NCBI GenBank assembly: GCA_951406725.2
Contig: OX597827.1
Span: 48,236,001-48,300,000, forward strand
From: Octopus vulgaris
Taxonomy: Eukaryota
Length of the DNA: 64,000 nt
Direction of reading: 5' to 3'
Positions 29,483-43,479 of this stretch are shown one piece after another (within the stretch, counting starts at the first letter, position 1; the number at the start of each line of letters is the position of its first letter). The notes under the pieces were generated by a model. The model ran no database searches. It worked only from the letters and a program-made list of their open reading frames with translations, and was not told where the DNA came from. The position numbers and the translations under genes are program-made.

Positions 29483-30300
29483 GCACACACCCAGGCATTT
29501 ACGCACTCACACATACGCGCACACAAATGTATATATAAAGGAAATATGACTTGCATTCCAAAGATAAAGTCTTGCTTGACGTGAATTAATATTGATTCTA
29601 TTCGTGTTTCACTTCATAATTGGTATGCATAACCATGCATGTATATTAGAGGAAATATTTTGCTGCTCTCTTTCGGACGAATGAGCAACCTGTGAGAGTA
29701 AAAAAGAGATAAAAGAAATCAAAGATAGAGAAACATGAGCTGCAGTCGTGCATTAAAATAAAATGAGACGGACTATGCATGGAATATATTACATATAGGC
29801 GGTGTGTTTGTATCTAATTCGATGCTTGTTTTCATATATTTATTTCAATCGTCGATCGGCAATAGCGCTTGAAATAATAATTGCTTTACAATATCGACAT
29901 TAATAATATGGCAACGCCCAAAGCAAGCGAGACTCTAGAAAACTGAATGCATCGTAAGTGTAGTTTTTAAAACTATATTGTTTGATAGTTGGAATGTGGA
30001 CGAGATTGTTATAACAATGGAAACATTGTGTCCTGCCTGGTTAAAAATCAATATATTTAAAACTGTGTTTGTTTTGCGCGCATTAGGTAAGGTGTATCAT
30101 TAGGTAAGGTGACAAACACATAGACACGCACACAAACACACAAACACACGCACACAAACACACAAACACATAGACACGCACACAAACACACAAACACACG
30201 CAAGCGCCATCCACCCCAACAACTACCCAATTACATATACACACACACAGAAACCCCACACCCCTAATGGCACAGACACAGATCTTTCTCTCTCTTTCTC

Positions 30301-30337
<37 letters not shown>

Positions 30338-30671
30338 GAGACACAGAGGTTGGGGTCATATTGTTGTAAAGGATTGTAATTCATTTCTAATTCATTCATT
30401 TATCAACTTATAAATCTAAGACTATCGACTCTGTCTATTATGAATAAAGAACAAGGGTGAGTTGACCGCTCATGGCTACGTATGGTCATAAATATTGCTC
30501 AGCCTTTATAACCACAATAACAGCATACCTCTTCATTTCTTGAGTAAGCTGAGGGTCTGCCATCATTATTTTCTGAAACAAAGATTATACAGAGTTAGCA
30601 AAAATGCAGCAACGACACAAAAAAAAAAGGTATGTCCTCAAATACCTTACGCACCCTATATATATATATAT

Positions 30672-31545
30672 GATGTGCGGTGAGTAAAGTGTCGTCTAAA
30701 TTACGCAAAAATGAAAATAACACTGACATTTCATTTTAACAGCTATATTTACCAAAATTGCATTAAAATATCTTGAAATACTAAAGATTAAATTTATTCA
30801 ATAAAATCGCCATTGGCTTAAACCGAGGTCTCCAGACGACTTCGGACTCTCCTGCAACTATTCTGGACGTTCTCCTTGTTTAAGTTGGTGAATGATGCAA
30901 TAATTCTTGCCTTCAGTTACTCTTTGGTACTACAAGGAATTTTGTTCGTCTCTCACTCAACTGTGCCCCACACATGATAATCAAGAGGGTTGCAGTCCGA
31001 GGAGTTAGGTGGCCAGATGTTAGGGGTGATGTGGTCGCAGAAATTGTCTGACAGCCATGACTGGATTCTTCTGCTTGTGTGGCATAGGTCAGAGTCCTGT
31101 TGCAAGACATAGGGTCTTCCAGCAGCCACCCACTTGACCCAGGGTAACACTACCTCATCCAGGCACTTAATATAGGTCTCTGTGTTGAGTCTGAGGTTTT
31201 GTGGGAAGATGAAAGAAGGCATCACTAGTGATTACTCCAAACGATATGATGTTGACTGGATGTTTGGTATCATCACTTCCGGTACATGTCATAGGATTGC
31301 ACTATCCTCAGATTGACACTCAAGCATTCTGAAATGTTCGTATTGGAGCTTCCGGTTCGAATGCTGAGCGTTACAACATGTCGTCTTCATATTTCTGATA
31401 GAGTGAATTGCTTCAAGGTGCTGTTTTTCTTACAGGTGCCCAACTGACCCTACTATACTGTGTAGTCGACAAAATCAAAAATAAAAATGCGCATGCCCGA
31501 AACTAAAAATATAATATGCCGAGAATATACTCATCACACCTTGGA
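30672..31545 (-). mobile_element. Internally deleted Tc1/mariner (maT/DD37D-like) element
   Basis: MMPSFIFPQNLRLNTETYIKCLDEVVLPW...QQDSD.CHTSR...WPPNSSDCNPLDYHVWG; TA runs on both sides. Confidence 0.85.
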
Positions 31546-31546
31546 A

Positions 31547-31604
<58 letters not shown>

Positions 31605-31925
31605 CATATATAGTTGTTTATATGTGTGTTTGCCAGTATGTGTGTCTATGATTTAGAGTATGTATAAATTTGTGCGTCTGTAATTCTTTGGGACAGGGAA
31701 GGTCAGAGCTAAAGACGCATATAATAATAAAGATAAAAACAAAACTCCACTTGTGGCCAAACTGGGGGGCACATACATAGAATAAAGTAGACAATGATGA
31801 AGAAAAAGCCAAGAAAGAAAATAACTCGACGCTGTTTGAGTCGAAGTTGAAGAACCATTCATCATTCGCCATTAATCCGATTTTAATTAGGCTTCAGAAT
31901 GTCCATGATATTTATGTATTTACGT

Positions 31926-31987
<62 letters not shown>

Positions 31988-32284
31988 GAGGAGGAGGAGG
32001 AGGAGGAGGAGGAGTAGTAGTAGCTCATGTTATTTTCTTCTCTTTTACTGCAGATAGGTTTTGTTAATTCCTTAAAACAAATTTTTAGAGATATTTTCGT
32101 TTTACCTAGCGTTCTTTAAAAGTTTTTGTCGGCATTCCTGTAGTATCGAGTCTTTAAGAAATAAATTTATATAATAAATAACAGAACGACATTTATTTAT
32201 GGCTTATTATTTCAGCTGAAATATATCTATTAATTCAATTCCATATTATATAAATATGCTTTATCATAATTTCAAAAATTTCAC

Positions 32285-32450
32285 ATAGGCGCAGGAGTGG
32301 CTGTATGGTAAGTAGCTTGCTTACCAGCCACATGGTTCTGGGTTCAATCCAACTGCGTGGCACCTTGGGTAAGTGTCTTCTACCATAGCCTCGGGCCGAC
32401 CAAAGCCTTGTGAGTGGATTTGGTAGACGGAAACTGAAAGAAGTCCGTCG

Positions 32451-32482
<32 letters not shown>

Positions 32483-32694
32483 CGTGTGTTTGTGTGTCTG
32501 TGTTTCCCCCCCCCAACATTGCTTGACAACCGATGCTGGTGTGTTTACATCCTCGTAACGTAGCGGTTCGGCAAAAGAGACAGATAGAATAAGCTTACAA
32601 GGAATACGTCCTGGGGTCAATTTGTTCGATTAAAGGTAGTGTTCCAGCATGGTCACATTCAAATGACTGAAACAAGTAAAAGAGTAAAAGAGTA
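32285..32694 (+). mobile_element. SINE family C, full length, with internal (TA)n(TG)n and (AGTAAAAG)n tail
   Basis: tRNA-like head TGGCTGT.TGGTAAG...GGTTCAATCC, core CACCTTGGG.AAGTGTCTT; several copies in window. Confidence 0.85.
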
Positions 32695-32924
32695 TAGGTT
32701 ACAGGATTTCACTGCACAAGAATTCTCTATACTGCAATTCTCTATACTTTCGGTTCAGGTATTGTTTTATCTCATTTTTTGTTATTGGAAATTTACTTTA
32801 GCTTTTATCTGTGTAGTAACTAATCATACGATATTCTATGCATTGCAGAAATATTTCACATAGATGTCTACATAATCTTTTAATCATTACGAGGATACAA
32901 GTTTATAAATATTTTATCATCATT

Positions 32925-33109
32925 AGGATGGCGTGCTAGCAGAATCGTTAGTACGCCTGTCGTTGCGTTCTGAATTCAATTTCCGCCGAGGTCGACTTTG
33001 CCTTTCATCTTTTCGGAGACAATAAATTAAGTACCAGTATAGGAGGTTCGATGTAGTCGGCTATTCCCTTCTCACCAGATTTGATTCCTTGTGCCTCCAA
33101 TAGAAAATA

Positions 33110-33110
<1 letters not shown>
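32925..33110 (+). mobile_element. Nin/Deu-like SINE copy
   Basis: TTCCGCCGAGGTCGACTTTGCCTTTCATC core. Confidence 0.75.
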
Positions 33111-33188
<78 letters not shown>

Positions 33189-34079
33189 CATTATTATTAC
33201 TGAGTAAGAGAGTCATGCATGGCATCAAAGTGACACTTCCGTAAAGTCGGTGCCCCTGCTTTTTTATGCTAGATTAGTGCATTCACTTAAGAGATGGTAA
33301 ATAATAGCCTCTCTCCCCAAATTTCAGGCACTGGTCCTGAAACTTGGGGAGAGGGGATTAATCCATTACATGGAATCCTCTGCTCAAAGTTCACAGATAC
33401 CGAAAGAATGAACGGCAAAGTCCACCTGACCGAAAACTGAACTCACAGATAAAAAACCGGAGGATATACCGCTAAATATGTTCTCCGACGCAATACATCG
33501 TCTGTCAGATCACCGCATTCATTCTATTGTTGGTACTCAAACATTCCTTTTCACCAGAAGAGGCATGTCGATATCAGCGACGCCAGTAATCGTCTGCTAT
33601 TTTATTGTTTCAATAAAGAAACGAAAGGTATAATCTGTGGGATTTGGCTCTCAGAATGTATAGAGTTGGAACAAATATGTATGTTTTTGTGCCCGTGTGT
33701 ATTTGTTTATCACTTTCTCTGTGCGAATATTTATACAATGCCAGGGTCGTCTATCAGATTCTCCTACATCCAAAAGCTCAGAAACCAAGTTTGTGCCTGT
33801 CTGGTATTACAAAGAGTTTTTCTTGCACACTATCAATACACGGTGTGTAAACATCAGACTGACAAGCAAGTGGACAAGATGAAATAAACTGCTACAAGCT
33901 ATTGTAATTATTAGCTAACAATACCGATCGTTAATATAAATGGATATACATCTGTGTATATATATATGTGTGTGCGTGTGTGTGTATAGATATAGATATG
34001 ATATATATAAACACAAGTATGCGTGTACATAGACTGTATATAATATACGGTTATATGTATACATATATATATATATATG

Positions 34080-34119
<40 letters not shown>

Positions 34120-34232
34120 TATCTATGCGCACTTACATACACACTACACTCACACACATGCACACACACACACATATATATATATATATACAGATGTATA
34201 TCATATCCATTTGTATTGACGTTGGTTAGCTA

Positions 34233-34347
<115 letters not shown>

Positions 34348-35208
34348 TGTGTGTATGTGTGTAAAAGACTTACATATTTATAAAATATAAAATTACCAAA
34401 TAAATAGGCAGCACTTCTAATGCCCACGTAAATGTGGTAGTACTCCAGAATATTGTAGGAACGAGAATTTCTCTACTAAGAACGTAGCATCTATTGATTG
34501 AGTTCAGCGCTACGTACATGGACGCGTGTATTATATTGCTTCAACAGCAAACAGAAAAATCCTGGCTCCTATGAAGTATCAAATTGAATATTGAAAACTA
34601 TTCTGATATTCTGTAGAAGCGCCATGTTTAAACTTGAATACTATGTTATGAAAAAAATCATGAAAACAAAACTGAAACAAAGAGAACATTCCGACTGGAA
34701 TGCTAATCTTAGAAAGTTTTCTCAATCACTTAACCTCGCAAAATATTTGGATAAACTCCAGCACACATGTATTATACCACACAAGGATCTATAATGAAAA
34801 TATTCGCTGAAATTAGTTTGAAAAGAAAGCTAGTTCTAACAGATAATACCCAATAACTATCTAAACAGAACGACACGGAAGATATTCTTTATGCCACGTA
34901 TGTCTTGTATCTCACACAAGTTTAGAAAGAATATATTTGTTACTCTTGTCTACGTTTTTTTCTCTCGTTTGGTTTTTCAATTTTTTGTTGTTTTTTGTTC
35001 ATTTCTTACGTAACCTGTTCAATCAAGTTTTGAACATTTATTAGTTTTACTCACACCATGTTTATCTAATACATTTGTATTTTGTATCTTGGGATGAATA
35101 GAATGCATAATGAGATATATCAAAAAAGACATTGTAAACTAGCACATACACGTACACACACATACGCACACACACACATATGTATATGTGTGTATGTATG
35201 TATGTATG

Positions 35209-35252
<44 letters not shown>

Positions 35253-35536
35253 AAAGTGTATGCATGCATTTACATATATAGGGGGAGAGAGAGTCAGAGG
35301 ATGAGTGAAAGAGGAAGAGGGAGAGAGAAAGCCATATGTAAATTTTGTTATCGAATACGTTAAGAAGATTCTATAATGCAATGTAATGATGTCCCTCGTT
35401 TGATACGGACGATAGTCTCTCGAAAACAATTTCAAATAGCGCAAAACGAGGGTTACATATGTGCAATATTACTAACAAAATGCACAGATACACACAATCG
35501 CAAATACAATTTGAGAATTAAAAGCAGGAATCGGAA

Positions 35537-35632
<96 letters not shown>

Positions 35633-35644
35633 CAACAACAACTG

Positions 35645-37345
35645 TTCTCTGTGATTTTTCATTTAGTATAATCGTGAATGCATTTCGTGATGACACTGGG
35701 ATGGAATTTAGTCTTGATAAATGTGCCAAAATCACTTTCCAGAAAGGAAAACAGAAGGCCTCCTACTCAGTGGTGTTGGATGTTGACACAGCCATAAAAG
35801 AACTCGAGCAGGTAGAAACTTACAAATACTTTGGAATGAATGAGGGCTCTGGCATTCAACATGCAAGTATGAAAGAGAAGATTAGGAAGTAGTGTCACAG
35901 AGGTGTTCGAGCAGTCCTAAAATCCGAGTTTTATGCACGTAACAAGGTGTTAGCTATAAATTCCTTTGAAGTTCTTGTATTGAAATTCAATGTGTTGAAC
36001 TGGAGTATGAGTGAAATAAGGAAGATTGATAGGACAATCCGTATGCTGCTGATTTGCAATAAGATGTATCACCCAAAGGCAGCCGCAGACCGTCTTTACC
36101 AACCCAGAGCTCAAGGAGGTCGGGGCTTGATCCAATTTGAATTTTACAAAACCACCACAATTGGACTGGCAAAATATCTTGAAACCGCTAACGACTGGAT
36201 GCTAAAGCTCGTTGAAAACCACGAAAGACGTAAGAAGATTCATTCTGTTATGAAGGCGAGGAAAACATTTTGCATAAACTCAAGTGAGTTTATGCATAAT
36301 ACCCAAGTTCAACAGCGTGACGGAAGTGCAGCAACTGCAGTGGCAAATGAGGTGAAATAAATAGCAAAGCAAAATGCACTTGAACAATTGGCTGAAAGGT
36401 GGGAGCAAAAACCTCTGCATGGCAAATATGTGGCCCGTAGGAAAAAGCATGATTTAGAGCAGAAATACACTCATCAGTGGCTACGGAGCTCAGGGCTAAA
36501 GACAGAGAGTGAAAGCTTTATCTTCGCTGTCCAAGATCGGAGTTATCAAGGCAATGTGATGAAAATGATGTAGACCTAAATTGCCGATACTGCAACGATA
36601 GGATAGAAACAGTCGACCACCTAATCTCTGGATGTAAGATTTTAGCACATGTAGAGTACAAATGAAGATATGGCAGAGTTGGACAATATCTTCATTGGAT
36701 AATGTGTCGGCATTATAAAATCAAAACTCTTGACAAATGCTACAAGCACCACTCTGGGGCTGTAACGGAGGGAGAAAATGTTATTATTCTTTGAGACTTC
36801 CCAGTATGTACAGATCAAGTCAAATAAACTAGATATTGTAGTGAAAGACAAAAGCAATAAAGTATGTTTATTGATTGACATGAGCATACCTTGGGACCAT
36901 AATATGACGAAGGAAGAATTTGATAAGCTCAGAAAATATAAAGATCTGCCCATCGAAGTCGAAAAGATGTGGCACCTCAAGACAGTTACAATACCAGTGA
37001 TTGTAGGAGCACGTGGAATGACCAAAAAAAGGAACTGAAAATTATTTAACAATGATCCCTGGCTTACCATCCATGAAGAAAGTGCAAAAGATTGTCTTAA
37101 CTGGCACGTCCCACGTATTGAGAAGAGAATTGTCGCTGTTATCCCCTCCCCCCCACGCAAGCTCCTTGATTTTATTTGTTTACTCTTCTATTTTTTATTT
37201 TGCCCTTTTTTTCTCAATCATCCACATTTTCTCAATCAGATGAACTGTAATTGCTTGTCTTAATGACCTACTAATTTATACAGTACCTTTCTCTGCCCTA
37301 GGTATTAGGAAGACACTCGGCAAAAAATGAAATCAGAACTGAAAG
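35645..37345 (+). mobile_element. 5'-truncated R4/Dong-like non-LTR retrotransposon (RT end, CCHC, restriction-like endonuclease), decayed
   Basis: GMEFSLDKCAK, ETYKYFG, HPKAAADRLY.PRAQGGRGL, WEQKPLHGKY, CRYC...ETVDHLISGC, DIVVKDK...LLIDMSIP.D..KLRKYKDL, IPVIVGA.G; flanked by (TAA)n-type tracts. Confidence 0.85.
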
Positions 37346-37382
37346 AAGATGCTAATCAAAATGATAAAAATGGTAATGATAT

Positions 37383-37422
<40 letters not shown>

Positions 37423-37438
37423 CATTATTATGATGATG

Positions 37439-37480
<42 letters not shown>

Positions 37481-37482
37481 GT

Positions 37483-38530
37483 AATGCAGTACCAGGCAGT
37501 GGCTCTCATGGCTTCTGATCTTAACTGATTGGAAGTGTTATCATGTACATTGTTTTGTCTTGGTATAAAAGATGGGCTACAGCAAATATTCTGCTCAATA
37601 CCACAGATTTGCTTGTCAGTTGTTTGGCCTTAACCAGTTGAGCATGTCCCTTAGTGGCTGACGATATGTGCATCTCTGATCACCAGCAGAAGTAGTGGGG
37701 GAGCATCATGGCCATGTGTTGAGAGGGATTCTTTGGGGATTGAATAATTCACCTCTGGAAACATAGGTGTTTCGTTCAACATCCTAAAGCAACCCTTATT
37801 CAGGGACCTTTTGAGCAGGATGGGCTACTCAACCTGAAGAAAATTCTAACTGGGCCCCACCTGCAAGGTCATGTGCTGTTTATCTTGATATGAGATCACC
37901 ATGTCGCGCACATATGGTTGTGATGCATGTGCCTAGTGTACCTTTATCAGATGGGTAGTCATGATGGGTATATTGGTCTTCGTATATTTTACCCCAGTGT
38001 CGCTTTGATGGCATGCTCTGCTCTCTCACTCAATAATAATAAATAATAATAATAATAATGTATAAAAGATGAGCTAGAGCAAATATTCTGCACAATAACA
38101 CAGATTCCATTGTCAGTTATTTGACCTTAAGTAGTTGAGCATGTCCCTTAGTGGCTCACAATATGTGCATCTCTGATAACGAGCAGAATTATTGGGGGAA
38201 CATCATAGCCATGTGTTGAGAGGGATTCTTTGGGTTTTCGATAATCCACCATTGGAAACAGGGGCGTTTCGTTCAACACACTTAAACAACGTTTCTTCAG
38301 AGACCTTTTGAGCTGGATGGGCTACTCACCCTGAAGATAATTCTAACTGGGCATTCTAACCTGCAATGTCATGCGCTGCTTATCTTGATATAAGATCACC
38401 ATATCGTGCACAAATGGTTGTCATACAGGTGCCTGGTGTAACCTTATCAAACGAGTAGTCATGATGGCTATACTTGGTGTCGTATATTTTGCCTCAGTGT
38501 CACTCTGATGGCATGCACTGCTCTCTCAAT
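37483..38530 (+). repeat. Two tandem, variably 5'-truncated copies (37483-38031 and 38060-38530) of a repeat ending CTCTCTCA.TC(AAT)n; probable LINE 3' UTR
   Basis: Colinear similarity over ~470 bp; further 3' fragments at 43144-43225 (+) and ~33200-33240 (-), all abutting (AAT)n. Confidence 0.75.
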
Positions 38531-39224
38531 CAATAATAATAATCATTATTATAATTATAACTATAATGAGAATAATACTGATGATGCTGATGCTGATGAT
38601 GAGGGGGAAGAGGAGGAGAAGGAGAAAGAGGAAGAATGTGTTGAGGAGAAGAATGATGACTACATAGAGACATTTTTACTTTTTTTCCAATACTATAATG
38701 TATAGTGTGTATAGTGTGTGTATATATGGTGTGTGTTTTAAAGTTATTGAAAATCCATCGATTATCCCGGTTTGGATAATTTCTTCCTTTCTATCAAGTA
38801 TTCTAACATTCGTTTATTTTTCTTATTAAAATATTTTTACTGTTTCTTGTGAACTCTTTTGTCTTTTCAAATAGATTTAATATTCGAATTTTCATTTCCA
38901 GAGATATCGACTTTCTTGACATATGAAAACTTATCATCTAATCTTGAAGAGATTTACTCCTGTACAAAAATATAATTCGATCTACAGCATTAGGTTATTA
39001 GCTTAGTGTGCTGTCTGTCTCATTCACTATCGAAGAAGTAAAGTGAAAATGAAACCGAAATAATGTGCAAATCTGAAATGTAAACTAGGAAGAAGCACTT
39101 TCGTATAGGTGCAGAGAAAGCTAAAGCATATTATCTGAAATGAAAACCTTGCTGGAATGAAACCATGTGATTCATTCACACATTCATATGCTTATATACA
39201 GTGTGTATTATATTTACAATAGTT

Positions 39225-39395
39225 ATAGGCAACGTGGTGGATCTGTGGTAAGAAGCTTGCTTCCCAACCACGTCATTCCGAGTTCAGTCCCACTGCGTGG
39301 CACCTTGGGTAAATGTCTTCCTCTAAATCTTCGGGTAAAATTGGTAGACGAAAATTGACAGAAGCTCGTCGTATATGTATATTTATATATATATA

Positions 39396-39430
<35 letters not shown>

Positions 39431-39640
39431 CTGCGTTTGTGTTTCTCCCGCCTCATCACCACTTGAAAACCGGTGTTGGTGTGTTTTACGTTCCCATAAA
39501 TTAGCAGTTCGGCAAAAGAAACAGATAGAATAAGTATGAGGTTTAAAAAATAAATACTGGGGTCAGTTCATTCGACCAAAAATTCAAAGCGATGCCCCAG
39601 CATAGCCGCAGGCTAATGACTGAAACAGGTGAAAGATAAA
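39225..39640 (+). mobile_element. SINE family C
   Basis: Homologous to 32285-32694. Confidence 0.8.
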
Positions 39641-40025
39641 AAATTTAGATTTATAGTATTACGTAATTCGTTTTTGTTTATATTATCGAATAAAGTTCCA
39701 GTAATTTGTTTGGAAACATCATTTTCCTAAAGCCATTATTGTCATAGACAACCTCGTTCTAGGAATCATTGCTGATGGTATTTAAAGCGTTAATGTATAG
39801 CAATCCCTCGCCATATCACAGGTCACCTATCGCGGTTTATTTTTAAGCTTAAGTCGATTCTACCTTGATGTCGTTTTCCATTTATAATAAAATGAATATA
39901 TGCAAATAATAATAAAAAAAATTAATATACCTTACAGTTCTGTTTATACTTCGTGGAGTTTCACATATCGCGAGTTGCTTTGGAACGTAACACCCGCGAT
40001 AGTCGAGGGATTACTGAGCTATCTC

Positions 40026-40420
40026 CCTCTTTTACTTGTTTCAGTCATTTGACCGCGGCCTGCTGGAGCACCGTCCTTAATCGAGCAAATCGACCCCAGG
40101 ACTTAATGTCTGTAAGCCTAGTACTTACTATATCGAAATCTTTTGCCGAACCGCTAAGTTACGGTGACGTAAACACACCAGCATCGGTTGTAAAGCGATG
40201 TTGGGGAGACAAACACAGACACACAAACATATACACACATAAATATATAAATACATATATACGACGGGCTTCTTTCGGTTTCCGTCTACCAAATCCACTC
40301 ACAAGGCTTTGATCGGCCCGAGGCTATAGTAGGAGACACTTGCCCAAGGTGCAACGCAGTGGGACTGAACCCGGAACCATGTGGTTGGTAAACAAGCTAC
40401 TTACCACAAAGCCACTCAAA
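40026..40420 (-). mobile_element. SINE family C
   Basis: Reverse complement homologous to 32285-32694. Confidence 0.85.
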
Positions 40421-40963
40421 TGCCTGTATTCATTTTCCTAAATAAAACTATCTAAATGTTAAACAGTGTTTCGCATACTGCAGCGATATAATTTACATGA
40501 CTGGTTTTGCTCACAAAAGACAGTTACAAAATAGGTGTAGTTGCTCACAACGAAATAAACCTGTTGGTGCTACATATAACCGACAGTGGCTAAAGTTCAT
40601 TCGTTCTTGCTGAAAATTTTGTAGCTAATCACTTCCTATCATTTATAGTTCTAATCATCATACTCTATGTATGATTTGAGATACATCGAGGAGGTAATTA
40701 ATTTTTATCCAGATAATTTCAGTTTTATAATTGATTTGTACACTGGTTGTTTATATTTTGTTATGAAAATGTAAAATAAGAAAAAAAATCAAAAAGAAGT
40801 ATTTTCTTTTTCATTCATTCGGTAACAGTTTGTGCAGCTGTCTTTTGTAAATCATTCTAACATAATGTTGAAAGCAGCACTTAATTGAACTGAACATTTG
40901 TTTACTCACATTGTCAGCTATTTTACATAACAAGATACTTGTTTTATACATACATACATACAC

Positions 40964-40996
<33 letters not shown>

Positions 40997-41053
40997 CATA
41001 TATTATGCATAAATATAATATATGTATGTATATATATATATATACATATAATA

Positions 41054-41100
<47 letters not shown>

Positions 41101-41106
<6 letters not shown>

Positions 41107-41296
41107 AGAGTTTACGAAAAAGAAACGACGAAGAAAGGTGGTGTACAAAACAAACAGATGTATTAGTATAAAGCTCAGGAATAGAAAAGTCTTTTACGTT
41201 TCGAGCCTACGCTCATCAACAGAAAGGGGCACAGAAAACAAGGAGAGAAACAAGGAGAGAAAATAAATCTGTGTAGTGGCTAACGATCTATCATGG
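41101..41296 (-). mobile_element. Short PLE-terminal-like insertion in (TA)n with minimal hammerhead variant (41191-41226)
   Basis: Minus strand CTTT-CTGTTGA-T-GAGC gtag GCTC-GAAAC-GTA-AAAG. Confidence 0.65.
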
Positions 41297-41523
41297 TATA
41301 TATATATATATATGTATGTAGGTATGTGCATATGTGAAAGCGAATAGATCAATGACAAAAATTTCGGACCGACCGGCTGTGTTGTGTTCTTGAGCAACAC
41401 GCTTTATATCACGTTGCTCTAGTTCACTAAGCTGTGGAAAGGAGTTGTATATCAGCCTCTATCTTTCTATAGAATATCATCGGTGGAAAGGAGAAAGGAG
41501 GCGTGTACGCATGGGCGACTGCT

Positions 41524-41890
41524 TTGAATACATCAGTAAGTAATGTAATGATTATTCTAAAAATAGATGTTAAAATGTTATTTTCAAATGAAGATCCCTG
41601 AGTATGCTAGTCATACAGAAGGGTGAAATCAATTCGTATTGAAATATACATTACTTACTGATGTAGTCAACGCAAAGGTAATCCTATTTCTCATATGTTC
41701 ATTACACTGCTCGTCTGTATCTTTATTGTGAGTTTCTGGTGGTTTTCGAGCCTTGGCTCTGACTTTAGCAAGTGGTATTTATACCCTACTGTATTTAAAT
41801 TTGCCTTATATTGTGCCTGCAATGGTGTGAACTTGCTGGCCACCTTATTATTACATTATTAATATCAATAATAACGGTAATAATACATTT
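41524..41890 (+). mobile_element. Probable fold-back PLE remnant: 24-bp inverted arms (41524-41547 / 41647-41670), hammerhead-like relic and tail into (TA)n
   Basis: TTGAATACATCAGTAAGTAATGTA / TACATTACTTACTGATGTAGTCAA; internal ATGAAGA-TCCCT...AGGGT-GAAAT. Confidence 0.45.
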
Positions 41891-42115
41891 ATATATATAT
41901 ATATATATATATATAGATATTAATTGTGTATATATATATATTAAATGTATATATATATACCGGAGTAAACACATAAATGTGAAACAAGGTGGAAAAAAGA
42001 GTACTCAAATATCAAATACTCAATTTTTCTTTAACAAAAGCTGTCCGACGAACGGGAACGTGAAACTCAGATTAACAGGTTTTGTTGAATTTCTGCTGCT
42101 TTTGCATAAAGTATA

Positions 42116-42164
<49 letters not shown>

Positions 42165-42558
42165 CATGTGTGTCTGTGTATCTGTGTCGGTACTGGGTGA
42201 GATTGAAAGACGCAGCACGCTACGAAAGGAAAGGTTAGATTGTTCCACACGACTCCCATACCCCATGCGGTTTGTAGATTACTACCATAGATCTTGATAG
42301 AGTAGTGTGCAGAATTCGAAGCAATTTATAGTTGTAATAAACGCAGAAATCATTATTGTTATCCGAAAACTTTAAGCATTATTCACGTGTTTCCCCAAGT
42401 CGATTGTCGTTATGCCTAGGAAAAAGGGTGATTGTATTAAATAACACAGCCGAATGGCTTAAGTAACAGCGTCAATCAACTGTAAAGAAATACATGTATC
42501 TCACATCACTTTTAGAAATATCATTTATGTTTTCTGAGCTTCTTGTTATGATATATAT

Positions 42559-43144
42559 ATACAGGGTGTCCCAAAAGTCAGTAATGGGTTTCAGTTTTTC
42601 CTTAGCTTTACAAATAAATGCATGAACTTGTGATACAGTATAAATAACATATTGGAAATTAATATGCACTAGTCGTATTTGGAAATGCCACTACATCACA
42701 TATGAAAAGTGATATCGCTTCAATGTCAGCCATTTCCGGCTTCGCACGCCCCGTGTGCTCCTTCTAAATCTTGCACCCAAACACCCTCAAGTGTTTCAGA
42801 ACCCACTTCTCTGATTTCTCTATTGATTTTTTTCCTTCAGTTGCACCAGGGTCTCCGGTTTGTTGACGTAAACCCTCTCTTCCAGGCATCATCACAAGAA
42901 AATATCGGGGTTAGTCATGTCTGAGGAACGTGATGGGCAGTTGACATTGCCGTAGCGAAAGATTATTCCATCTCTAAAGCACTGTCGCAACATTGTTTCT
43001 CTTGTAGTATGAGCAGTGGCCCCATCTTGCTGAAACCTTGTGTGAGGTCAACTTTGAATGGCCTTCACGTTCCCCTGACTTGACTAGCCCCGAATTTTTC
43101 TTGGTGGGATACCTGAAAGGGAGGGTTTATGTCGACAAACCGGA
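42559..43144 (-). mobile_element. Decayed Tc1/mariner 3' half with an inverted second fragment
   Basis: TA-CAGGGTGTCCC terminus; minus strand FQQDGATAHT and CPSRSSDMTNPDIFL; plus strand 43058-43144 WPSRSPDLTSPEFFL..YLKGRVYVDKP. Confidence 0.75.
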
Positions 43145-43234
43145 GTAGTCATGATGGGTATACTGGGCTTCGTATATTTTACCCCCGTGTCACTTTGATA
43201 GCATGCACTGCTCTCTCACTCTATAATAATAGAA

Positions 43235-43265
<31 letters not shown>

Positions 43266-43479
43266 CGTGGTGGTGGTCGTGGTGGTGGTCGTGGTGGCGG
43301 CGGCGGCGGCGATGACGACGACGAGGAGAACGATAATAAAAGCTAAAGAAAGTTAATGTAGTCTAAGAATAAGCCCAACAGTGACAGAGAAGTGCTTGAG
43401 AAAAGCCCGACCCAACCCTTCAGACCACAAGGAATAACGGAAAGCATTTAATGAATCTGACATAAGTAAGTGCAGAATA

